A stretch of DNA of 30,303 nt from the IMG/VR virus record IMGVR_UViG_3300046495_000030, positions 1 to 30,303 of that record; one strand, written 5' to 3'. Source of the DNA: a virus. Its lineage: Duplodnaviria > Caudoviricetes. A model generated the notes under the pieces. That model had not been told where the DNA came from, did no database searches, and worked only from the letters and a program-made list of their open reading frames with translations. The translations under genes and the position numbers were made by a program. Positions 22,354 through 30,303 of this stretch are shown piece by piece. Every line of letters starts with the position of its first letter. Positions within the stretch are counted from its first letter, which is position 1.

Positions 22354-23847
22354 ATGTCATTAAATTCTCAGCATCCAGCTTATGTCCAACACTTAGCCCA
22401 ATGGGTTATGCTTCGTGATTTTTACCAAGGTGAGGAACATGTTAAGTCAAAAGAGGATGAATATTTGTCTCCTACGGCTGGAATGATATTGGATGGGATG
22501 GGTGCTAAGGATATTGGGCGTGCTGCTTATGAAGCTTATTTAGCTAGAGCGGTATTTGCTGATTATATTAGGGATGCTGTTGAGATTTCAATTGGTTTAT
22601 TACATCAAAAGGCTGCGGTTATCGAGTTGCCTCCTGAACTTGAATCAATGAGAACAAAGGCTACTATTAAAGGTGAGACTTTATTGCAGCTTTTACGCAG
22701 AATAAATGTTGAACAATTAATTGCCGGTCGATGTGGCACATTGCTTGATGTCGATCCTAAAACTGCGATGCCGTATGTTGCTTTATATAAAGCAGAATCA
22801 ATAATCAATTGGGATGAAAGTAACGACTTCGTTAATACGGATCAAGTTAATATGGTTGTTCTTGATGAAACTGGTTTGAGACGTGCTGATGGTGAGTTTA
22901 ACTGGAAAATCGAAGTTCAGCATCGTGTTCTAACTTTAAATAAATTGATAACTGATAAGGGAAGTACTGACGTTTATCAATGTGGCATTTTCGATAATGA
23001 ATCAGGTTCCTCATATAATGTGGAACAAATGACCACACCTCAAATACTTGGTAAAACATTAGATCAAATTCCATTTGTATTTATCAATTCAAAGGACTTA
23101 TTACCATTGCCTGAGAACTCACCTTTATTGGGATTAGCTAATATCACATGGTCAATTTATCGCGGTGAAGCTGACTATCGCTATTCCTTGTTTATGCAAG
23201 GACAGGACACACTTGTGGTTATCGGTAGTGTCCGTAACCCAAACATTGATCCTGGTGGCGATGGTGCTATTCGTACTGGTGCAGGAAGTCGAATTGATAT
23301 TGATTTAAATGGCGATGCCAAATATATCGGTGTTAGCTCAAAAGGTTTAAGTGAGCAAAGGACATGCCTTGAAAACGACAGAAAACGTGCGGAGACCCAT
23401 TCAGGTCGGTTAATCGGTACTAAGTCGAATGTGGAGAGCGGCGAAGCACTGCGGGTGCGTATCGGCGCACAAACCGCTACTCTAAATCAAGTTGCAGTTA
23501 CTTCTGCTGCTGCTCTTGAAAAGATTTTAAAAATTGCTGCAATTTGGAAAGGCGGAAACCCTGACTTAGTTAAAGTAATACCTAATATGGACTTTGCTGA
23601 TATTGACTTCCAAGGACAGGAATTAGTAAACATTATGACTTCCAAGACAATGGGTTCACCTATTTCACTTGAAAGTATCCATAATGTGTTAATTGAACGT
23701 GGTTTGACTAATATGGATTTTGAAACAGAAATGACTAAAATCTTAGCTGAAAATAAGAAATTCAACTTACCGGACCCCAATGCAAGTAGTACCAGCATGA
23801 CCAAACAACCGAATAAAACGGTTACACCACCACAACCTTTAAAATAA
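22354..23847 (+). CDS. Portal protein (DUF4055-like)
   Basis: 497 aa after TerL; HPAY...W, YEAYLARAVF, LDQIPFVF, PLLGLAN, ESGEALRVR motifs. Confidence 0.88.
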   Translation: MSLNSQHPAYVQHLAQWVMLRDFYQGEEHVKSKEDEYLSPTAGMILDGMGAKDIGRAAYEAYLARAVFADYIRDAVEISIGLLHQKAAVIELPPELESMRTKATIKGETLLQLLRRINVEQLIAGRCGTLLDVDPKTAMPYVALYKAESIINWDESNDFVNTDQVNMVVLDETGLRRADGEFNWKIEVQHRVLTLNKLITDKGSTDVYQCGIFDNESGSSYNVEQMTTPQILGKTLDQIPFVFINSKDLLPLPENSPLLGLANITWSIYRGEADYRYSLFMQGQDTLVVIGSVRNPNIDPGGDGAIRTGAGSRIDIDLNGDAKYIGVSSKGLSEQRTCLENDRKRAETHSGRLIGTKSNVESGEALRVRIGAQTATLNQVAVTSAAALEKILKIAAIWKGGNPDLVKVIPNMDFADIDFQGQELVNIMTSKTMGSPISLESIHNVLIERGLTNMDFETEMTKILAENKKFNLPDPNASSTSMTKQPNKTVTPPQPLK

Positions 23848-23859
23848 TAGGCAATCCTT

Positions 23860-24669
23860 ATGGGACTTAAAATAATTGAAGATAATCTTGATGCTGTTGA
23901 TGCAGCTTTTCATTCCCTTTATACTGAAAAGGATGGAAAGTTCACATTGACTGGTGTTGATGGAATGAAAACTGATCTTGACGTTAGCAGAATTCAAACT
24001 GCACTTGTCAAGGAACGTAATGACCACAAAGGTACTAAGGAAAAGTATGCTATTTTAGGTCAGCATGATCCTGTTGAAATTTTAGCTTTGCTTGACCGTA
24101 TTCCTGGTCTTGAGGAAGCTGCTAAAGGTACTCTTGATGATGCTAAAATTGATAGTATTGTTGAAACCAGAATCAAAGCTAAGATGCTTCCTTTGGAAAG
24201 ACTTTTGGAAACTGAAAAAACTAGGGCTGCTAACTTGGAAGCTATCAACAAAAATTATGTTGAAAAAGAAAAAACTTCCTCAATTCATTCAGCTGTTCGT
24301 AAGGCTGCTTTGGATGCAAAAGTTAGACCTGAAGCTATTGACGATGCTATTACCTTAGCTGAACGCTTTTTTGAAATTACTGACTCCGGGGATGTTATCG
24401 CAAAGGAAACTGTTGGTATCCTTCAAGGTATTGATCCTGCAACTTGGTTAACTGAACTTCAATCAAAGAAACCTCATTGGTGGGGTGAAACTATTGGTGG
24501 AGGTTCACAAGGAAGCGGTTCAAATTTTGGAAGTAATATTAATCCTTGGAGCGGTAAAGATTGGAATCTTACTGAGCAAGGTAAGATTTATATGAAAAAC
24601 CCTGCTAAAGCGGAACAATTGGCTGCTTCGGCCGGAACTACCGTAGGTGGTCGCAAGCCATCTAAATAA
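23860..24669 (+). CDS. Capsid scaffolding protein
   Basis: Between portal and capsid genes; SLYTEKDGKFTL, ALVKER, coiled coil, GGGSQGS, NPW...WNLTEQG. Confidence 0.8.
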   Translation: MGLKIIEDNLDAVDAAFHSLYTEKDGKFTLTGVDGMKTDLDVSRIQTALVKERNDHKGTKEKYAILGQHDPVEILALLDRIPGLEEAAKGTLDDAKIDSIVETRIKAKMLPLERLLETEKTRAANLEAINKNYVEKEKTSSIHSAVRKAALDAKVRPEAIDDAITLAERFFEITDSGDVIAKETVGILQGIDPATWLTELQSKKPHWWGETIGGGSQGSGSNFGSNINPWSGKDWNLTEQGKIYMKNPAKAEQLAASAGTTVGGRKPSK

Positions 24670-24683
24670 ATGTAAAATATTAC

Positions 24684-24712
24684 TTGCCAGACCATGCCCT
24701 ATCTGATATAGT
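24684..24712 (+). promoter_or_regulatory. sigma70-type promoter TTGCCA-N17-TATAGT (extended -10) for the capsid gene
   Basis: Read directly. Confidence 0.7.
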
Positions 24713-24797
24713 CTTTTTTCATGGGGGCATGGTTCTCCAAACTTAATTAATTGGACATGGTTCTGGTTAACAACTTAATTATTTTGGAGATGCTATT

Positions 24798-25823
24798 ATG
24801 GCTGCTGGAAATACCATGATTGCGGATGTAATTGTACCCGCGATCTTTACACCTTATGTACAACAATTAACTCAAGAAAAATCTAACATTATTCGTTCCG
24901 GTGCTGCTGTTGTTGACTCACAATTGAGTGACAATCTTGCGGGAGAGGGTTCGACTTTCAACTTACGCTCATACAAAGATTTGGATGACGATACTGAAAA
25001 CATCTCAACTGATGTTGCTGGTACTTTGTCAACTCCAAACAAAATCGGTTCTGCCACTGAAGTTCAAATTCGACTTTCAAGAAACAACTCATGGGCAACC
25101 ATGGATTTGGTAACTGACTTGGTTGCTAAGGATCCAATGGAAGCTATTGCTTCTCGAGTTTCCGATTACTGGGTACGGCGTTTACAGGTTGCTTTCGTTA
25201 ATACTTGCAAAGGTGTTTTTGCAGCTAACGCTCTAGCGACTGGTACAACTTCCGGTGATACTCATATTATCAATGATATGACATTTGATGCTTCTGGTTC
25301 AGCTTTTGTATCTGGCGTAACTAACTTCACCGCGGAATCATTCGTTGATGCGATTTCCACGATGGGTGACTCAATGAACAGTTTAAGTTTAATTCTTGTT
25401 CACTCGATTGTTTATGGTCGTATGATTAAGAACAACTTAATTGACTTCGTTCCTGATTCCACTGGTACTACACAAATTCCTACTTTTATGGGTAGAACCG
25501 TAGTTGTTGATGACGGAATGCCGTTCACTAATGGTGTTTTTGAATCATGGTTATTTGGTTCTAATGCGGTTCTTATGGGTATGTCACAACCTAAAGTTCC
25601 TACCGAAGTCTATCGTTTGCCACAAGCCGGTAACGGTGGTGGTATGGAAACCTTGTTTAACCGTGTCGAATGGGCTATACACCCTGCTGGCTACGCTTAT
25701 AACCAGACTTATACTGTTGGCGGTCCTTCAAACGCTACTCTGGCTACTGCTGCTAACTGGACTCGTGTATTCCCAGAACGTAAACAAATCCGTATAGCTC
25801 GCCTAAAAACTCGCGAGTTCTAA
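24798..25823 (+). CDS. Major capsid protein
   Basis: 341 aa after the scaffold; IADVIVPAIFTPYV, DPMEAIA, VHSIVY, IPTFMGRTVVVDDGMP; own promoter and terminator. Confidence 0.9.
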   Translation: MAAGNTMIADVIVPAIFTPYVQQLTQEKSNIIRSGAAVVDSQLSDNLAGEGSTFNLRSYKDLDDDTENISTDVAGTLSTPNKIGSATEVQIRLSRNNSWATMDLVTDLVAKDPMEAIASRVSDYWVRRLQVAFVNTCKGVFAANALATGTTSGDTHIINDMTFDASGSAFVSGVTNFTAESFVDAISTMGDSMNSLSLILVHSIVYGRMIKNNLIDFVPDSTGTTQIPTFMGRTVVVDDGMPFTNGVFESWLFGSNAVLMGMSQPKVPTEVYRLPQAGNGGGMETLFNRVEWAIHPAGYAYNQTYTVGGPSNATLATAANWTRVFPERKQIRIARLKTREF

Positions 25824-25848
25824 GACCTTTTGGTGTGGTGCGTTTTTA

Positions 25849-25877
25849 ACAGGGTGGCTCAGTCACCCTGTCTTTTT
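25849..25877 (+). terminator. Rho-independent terminator
   Basis: ACAGGGTGGC-tca-GTCACCCTGT followed by CTTTTT. Confidence 0.85.
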
Positions 25878-25892
25878 ATTTAGGAGTTTATC

Positions 25893-26522
25893 ATGGCAAA
25901 AGGTCAACAAAGAACGAGAGATCGTTCAAATCAATCCCAAGTTCGGACTATTACCATCCCTATTACATCGTTTCCTGTAAGTCAAGGTTCTGGTGTTAGT
26001 CCTGGTGGTGGCGGTTTAATCGTAAATGCTGCGGTCGGTACTCCCGGTTGGGGAACTGCGGTTATTCAAGGTTTGCCAAGAGGTAACATTGTTATTCTTG
26101 AAGCATTTGCAAACTTACAATTCTCATCACTGATTAACGGTGTTGCTAACCCTAACGTTCCTGCTACTTTTACAGGTGCGTTCTCGATTGGTACAACCGC
26201 TACAGCGGATGCGACTTTAGCTTCTACGGATGCAAACGTTGTTCCATCAACTGCGATGACAACTGCTGTTGCTTCCGTTGCTGCCGTTACTCCGTCAACC
26301 GTTAGTGCTTTAAACTTAGTTGTTAACAACTCTGATAGCGTTAGCGGAACAACTCCAAAGTTAGTTCCTATCGGTCAAAACGCAACTAGCGTTACTGTAA
26401 AGACAGGTCCTGCTATTGGTCTTAACCTTAACTTTACAATCGCTAACGTTTCAACTGCTCCGGCTCCAATTACTATTAACGGTTCAGTTACAATAACCTA
26501 TGCGTTAAACGGTAACTATTAA
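25893..26522 (+). CDS. Putative capsid decoration/virion protein
   Basis: T/A/G/V-rich beta-type composition; directly after the capsid gene. Confidence 0.6.
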   Translation: MAKGQQRTRDRSNQSQVRTITIPITSFPVSQGSGVSPGGGGLIVNAAVGTPGWGTAVIQGLPRGNIVILEAFANLQFSSLINGVANPNVPATFTGAFSIGTTATADATLASTDANVVPSTAMTTAVASVAAVTPSTVSALNLVVNNSDSVSGTTPKLVPIGQNATSVTVKTGPAIGLNLNFTIANVSTAPAPITINGSVTITYALNGNY

Positions 26523-27061
26523 TGGAACAAATTAGACTTGCTTTATCTCAACTTGATGTAACTAATGATAATCATTGGACTTCCGATGGTTTACCCCGTA
26601 TTGAAACTTTAAAGTTTTTGACTGGCCTAACGTTAACTAGAGCTGAGATAACCGAAGCTGCTCCACGGTTTTCAAGGATTAGTCCACAATTAAGTGTGGT
26701 CACACCTGAAGTTGTAGCAGAAACGGTAGCTCCTGTTGTTGATGAAATTAAACCCGATTTATTGACTCAATTGGATTTTGAAAACGCAACTTTAAATTCA
26801 ATGTACAAGGAAAAGACTAATCTTGAACTTGCTATCGTTGAACAAAATAAAGTTATAGTTGATCTGACTGAACAAATTGAACGGGAAATCGGTGTCGTCA
26901 CTTCACAGGATGCTATTCAAGCCTATTTAGCAAACCAAAGAAAATTGCTGGAAGATCGGGCTATTAAGTTAAAAATGATAGCTGATAGCGGTATTAATTT
27001 AAAGGATTTATCCGAGGGTTTGAAATCACCTTTGGATAGTTTCTTATCTCGGAAACGATAA
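26522..27061 (+). CDS. Head-module hypothetical protein
   Basis: LDVTNDNHWTSDGLP N-terminal motif plus coiled coil; TAATG coupling. Confidence 0.7.
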   Translation: MEQIRLALSQLDVTNDNHWTSDGLPRIETLKFLTGLTLTRAEITEAAPRFSRISPQLSVVTPEVVAETVAPVVDEIKPDLLTQLDFENATLNSMYKEKTNLELAIVEQNKVIVDLTEQIEREIGVVTSQDAIQAYLANQRKLLEDRAIKLKMIADSGINLKDLSEGLKSPLDSFLSRKR

Positions 27062-27070
27062 GGGGTTATT

Positions 27071-27412
27071 ATGTTTCGTCCTGCTTACTTTTTTGCTCAA
27101 ACAAGTACGGGTGCTGGTACAGGGCTTGATATTTTAAAACCTGTACCAACGGAATCTGTTTCAGCTATTACAAGGAGCAAGGCTATTTTTTGCCCTGCTC
27201 TTAGTACGATCTGCATTAATATTTCTGGTACTGCTACGGTAAATATTATCAGTAATCCTTTTGATGATCCTGCTAAGGATAAAATCTTTCAGGTTGTTAC
27301 TGCTACTGGTCATTTTGTTGTTGATTCCGCAGCAATTATCATAGTTGATGTTACTGCTATTAGTGGAACAGTATCAGCAAGAGCCGTCCTTAATCAGGAA
27401 TTGGATGATTAA
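27071..27412 (+). CDS. Putative virion protein (beta-rich)
   Basis: 113 aa; position and composition. Confidence 0.6.
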   Translation: MFRPAYFFAQTSTGAGTGLDILKPVPTESVSAITRSKAIFCPALSTICINISGTATVNIISNPFDDPAKDKIFQVVTATGHFVVDSAAIIIVDVTAISGTVSARAVLNQELDD

Positions 27413-27436
27413 CAATTTTAAACTGGATAAAGTATT

Positions 27437-28012
27437 ATGAATATTGAAAAATTAATTTACCAGCTTAGAAACTGGAAAAGTCATGCTAGGGCGTTATTCA
27501 TTGGCTCGTATGTAGTCGTTGAAGGAGCGTTAGCTAGGGCTATCGGTGAGGTTGATCGCGTTTTAATGATGGGTACGGTTCACGCTACTGTTATCAGGGC
27601 AGACGGCTCAGAATTAAGGCTTGGTTGCATCGGAAAACGTGTGGTTACTACTGCCGGTGTCAATTACTTGCGGGATACGTTCGCTGCTCATGCTGGTACT
27701 GCTGATATCCAAAACTTTAAGTTTCATGCTTGTGGAACTGGTGTTGTTGCAGAAGCAATTGGTGATACCGCTTTAGGTACTGATTCTGGTGTTGCTAGGG
27801 TTACTGGAACACAAGTTAACTCGACCACTAAAGTTTATCAGACTGTAGCAACAATGTCCTTTATTAGTACATTAGCTATTACGGAACATGGTATTTTTAG
27901 TGCTTCCTCAGCTGGTACACTATGGGATAGAACTGTATTTGCTGCTATTAACGTTTCATCTGGTGATTCGATTCAGTTTACCTATACTTTGACAATTTCA
28001 GACGGCGGTTAA
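27437..28012 (+). CDS. Putative virion structural protein (fibre-anchor-like)
   Basis: VVTTAG...GTG...DTAL...AITEHGIF...GTLWDRTVF..INV..GDSIQFTYTLT pattern. Confidence 0.7.
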   Translation: MNIEKLIYQLRNWKSHARALFIGSYVVVEGALARAIGEVDRVLMMGTVHATVIRADGSELRLGCIGKRVVTTAGVNYLRDTFAAHAGTADIQNFKFHACGTGVVAEAIGDTALGTDSGVARVTGTQVNSTTKVYQTVATMSFISTLAITEHGIFSASSAGTLWDRTVFAAINVSSGDSIQFTYTLTISDGG

Positions 28013-28021
28013 GGAATTATT

Positions 28022-28294
28022 ATGCCAATTCTAACAACTGCTAATTTGGAATATAAAATAACAAATCTGAACGTCAATGCTATTGATCTAACTATTAGGT
28101 TAACTCTAGCGCGTGGTATTATTGAGAACGGTGGTTTTACTATTCTTACTATTTCAGATTTGGATATTAGCAGGGAAGATACAATATTATTGATTAATTC
28201 AGCTCCTACTGGAGTAACCTTATATGATTCCTTAAAAATAGTTCTTTATCAGTACCTTATTGATAAAGGGTTAGCGGTTGGTGTAATAGGATAG
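28022..28294 (+). CDS. Hypothetical protein
   Basis: 90 aa; AAGGA RBS. Confidence 0.7.
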   Translation: MPILTTANLEYKITNLNVNAIDLTIRLTLARGIIENGGFTILTISDLDISREDTILLINSAPTGVTLYDSLKIVLYQYLIDKGLAVGVIG

Positions 28295-28298
28295 TAAT

Positions 28299-29210
28299 AT
28301 GACTGCTAATACGGTTTTAAATGCTGGGAGTGGTGGTGATACCATTCAAACGGTTGATAATACAACTTATAAGACTCAAGTTGTAGCATTAGCTAATTCA
28401 ACAGGAGCAAATATAGCTGCCGTTAATACTAACGGTGAACTTGCTATTACGGATAATGATAATGTTGCAACGGGTTCCTTAACTGCTGCGGCACAGTCGG
28501 CAACAATATCCACTTTAAATGGTGTAGATACTGCTTCTGTTCAGGTAACTGGAACTTGGGTTGGTACGCTAACTTTTGAAGCAACTATAGACGGTACAAA
28601 CTATTTTGCCATTAATGGAATCCCTTTTATATCAACAGGTGTATTTATATCCACGGCAACTGCTAATGGACAATGGCAATTTGATATTGCTGGAGTTCAA
28701 TCATTTAGAGCTCGTTGTTCCGCTTTTACTTCTGGAACTATTGTTGTAACGATTAGGGGCACTATAGGTAGTGGTTTAGTTGCCTTGGATGCACCAGTTC
28801 AAACGATGGGTCTTGGTACGATTGCAACAACCGGCGATACGGGTGCTAAGACGGCAACTGGTAACGGAGCAACACAAACAGCCCCTCTTACTGCCAAAGG
28901 TTTAGTGCTGATTGTAGTAACCACACCAGTAACAGGAACAAGTCCTACATGTGCATTTAAAGTTCAATGCAGTTTAGATGGAGGAACTAACTGGGTGGAT
29001 GCTTGTGCAACTGGTAATACAACAGCTGCCGGTACATTTGGAATAATTATATATCCAACGATAGCGGCAACATCAGCCGGTACAGCAACACAATCCATTT
29101 CAACTAAGATAGGTTCCTTCCTAGCACCAACATGGCGACTTGTTTGGACTATAGGTGGAACAACTCCAAGTTTTACAATAGTGAGTGCTACTTACCAATA
29201 TTTATTCTAA
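28299..29210 (+). CDS. Putative virion spike/decoration protein with two beta-sandwich-like domains
   Basis: T/G/A-rich; FEATIDGTNY and VQCSLDGGTNW motifs. Confidence 0.65.
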   Translation: MTANTVLNAGSGGDTIQTVDNTTYKTQVVALANSTGANIAAVNTNGELAITDNDNVATGSLTAAAQSATISTLNGVDTASVQVTGTWVGTLTFEATIDGTNYFAINGIPFISTGVFISTATANGQWQFDIAGVQSFRARCSAFTSGTIVVTIRGTIGSGLVALDAPVQTMGLGTIATTGDTGAKTATGNGATQTAPLTAKGLVLIVVTTPVTGTSPTCAFKVQCSLDGGTNWVDACATGNTTAAGTFGIIIYPTIAATSAGTATQSISTKIGSFLAPTWRLVWTIGGTTPSFTIVSATYQYLF

Positions 29211-29226
29211 TAAATAGGGAATTTTA

Positions 29227-30303
29227 ATGTCCTTATTAACGCTATTTCAAAATAACTTAGCTGGTGGCGGTGGAGGACCTGTAACAACAAATAAATCTGT
29301 TGCAGGAACTTTAAATTTTTCTAGCGTTATTACCAGATTTAATTCAAAGCTTATATCGGGTATTCTAAGTTTTGTTGGTATAGTTTCAAGAAAAACTAAT
29401 AAATTTGTTGTAGGTATTCTAAATTTTGTTGGCGTACTTACTAGGCTATCGAATAGAACCCTATTAGCAGGACTTACTTTTGCCGGTTCATTTTCAAAGT
29501 CAGCTCGTAAATCAATTGCTGCTGGATTAACTTTTAGTAGTGTGGTCATCATACTTAAAACCTTTCTTAGAGCGTTAGTAGCAACACTTTCGTTTTCAGG
29601 TTCAACATCTAAATTCTCAACTAAATCATTTACAGGAACTTTATCATTTTCAGGTGTTTTACTAAGTGTTAAATTATTTCTAAAACTTTTAGCAGGTTCG
29701 TTAAACTTTTCAGGATTAGTAAATAAAATACCTTTTAAAAGTTTGATAGCTACACTTTCATTTTCCGGTTTAGTAAATAGGTTATCGTCAAAAATACTTG
29801 TAGCAGGATTATCGTTTGCAGGAGTTATAAGTTCGATAAAAAGTATATCAAAACTTGTAACAGGGTCATTAAATTTTTCAGGTTCCTTAATTAAACAGTC
29901 GTTAAAAGTTGTATTAGGTTCCCTTTCGTTTTCAGGTTTGATATTTAGGCAAACGTTAAAAAGTGTAGTAGGGACTATTTCATTTTTAGGTTCCTTAATA
30001 AAACAATCGCTTAAAAATGTTATTGGATTAGTTTCATTTACTGGAATTACATTAAGCTTTAAATTATTTTTAAAACTTCTATCTGGTTCATTAAGTTTTT
30101 CGGGTTCAGCTACAAAACAAACGACAAGAAGTATTATAGCTGGTTTAATCCTTAATGGATCATTAATTAAGCAATCCATTAAGATATTTTTGGGTTCGCT
30201 TTCGTTTGCTGGTTCACTAGCGAGACTTAAATTATTTTTAAAATTAATTAGTGGATTATTATCATTTAATGGTATAGTTAACAAAAGTTTAGCTAAGTCC
30301 ATA
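29227..30303 (+). CDS. Cationic 18/20-aa repeat protein (at least 359 aa, runs off the window), absent from ORF track
   Basis: AGGGA RBS; translated by hand with no stop; 18 repeats of [GA]xLxFxG...[KR]xxx[KR]. Confidence 0.88.
   Translation, partial: MSLLTLFQNNLAGGGGGPVTTNKSVAGTLNFSSVITRFNSKLISGILSFVGIVSRKTNKFVVGILNFVGVLTRLSNRTLLAGLTFAGSFSKSARKSIAAGLTFSSVVIILKTFLRALVATLSFSGSTSKFSTKSFTGTLSFSGVLLSVKLFLKLLAGSLNFSGLVNKIPFKSLIATLSFSGLVNRLSSKILVAGLSFAGVISSIKSISKLVTGSLNFSGSLIKQSLKVVLGSLSFSGLIFRQTLKSVVGTISFLGSLIKQSLKNVIGLVSFTGITLSFKLFLKLLSGSLSFSGSATKQTTRSIIAGLILNGSLIKQSIKIFLGSLSFAGSLARLKLFLKLISGLLSFNGIVNKSLAKSI

Noticed and set aside
25836-25845. TGGTGCGTTT after the capsid gene, matching the half-sites at 16538 and 16600
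   Set aside because: Isolated half-site with no partner half and no nearby sigma54 promoter; probably chance
271-26329. Short antisense or alternate-frame ORFs in the track (e.g. 271..558, 2062..2244, 3521..3802, 7475..7714, 9992..10252, 13910..14218, 16207..16416, 19455..19709, 23487..23804, 24092..24358, 25504..25797, 26066..26329)
   Set aside because: They lie within better-supported genes and show no RBS or motif support
29247-30302. 351-aa minus-strand ORF suggesting a two-strand overlapping gene
   Set aside because: Antisense shadow. In this register a stop needs a sense Tyr codon after T/C, or a His/Gln codon after T. The sense protein has no Tyr or His, and its Gln codons within the repeats follow codons ending in A or G, so the frame stays open passively.
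1-30303. tRNA genes, integrase/att site, reverse transcriptase, DGR or retron, IS elements
   Set aside because: No cloverleaf, recombinase, RT or transposase motifs and no template/variable repeat pair recognised by eye; a covariance-model scan would be needed to exclude ncRNAs

Overview
A 30.3-kb AT-rich segment of a tailed dsDNA bacteriophage genome with siphovirus-like gene content. No integrase, tRNA, rRNA or CRISPR array is visible. It has four transcription blocks. (1) 1-11.9 kb, leftward: primase-polymerase/helicase, HTH proteins, a nucleotidyltransferase-like protein, a GH108 lysozyme and many small ORFs, driven by sigma70-type promoters that mostly have a 16-bp spacer. (2) 12.2-15.0 kb, rightward: small early-type genes. 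(3) 14.9-16.4 kb, leftward: a six-gene operon of small proteins under what looks like a complete sigma54 (-24/-12) + IHF + NtrC-box enhancer promoter. (4) 17.1 kb to the end, rightward: dCTP deaminase, lytic transglycosylase, TerS, TerL with a Gly-starting class-3-type LAGLIDADG intein, a signal-peptide HNH protein, portal, scaffold, major capsid protein and accessory virion genes, ending in an unannotated cationic 18/20-aa repeat protein with no acidic residues. The strongest candidate for a new system is the putative nitrogen-sensing (NtrC/sigma54) phage operon. All family calls come from motif recognition by eye; no searches were run.
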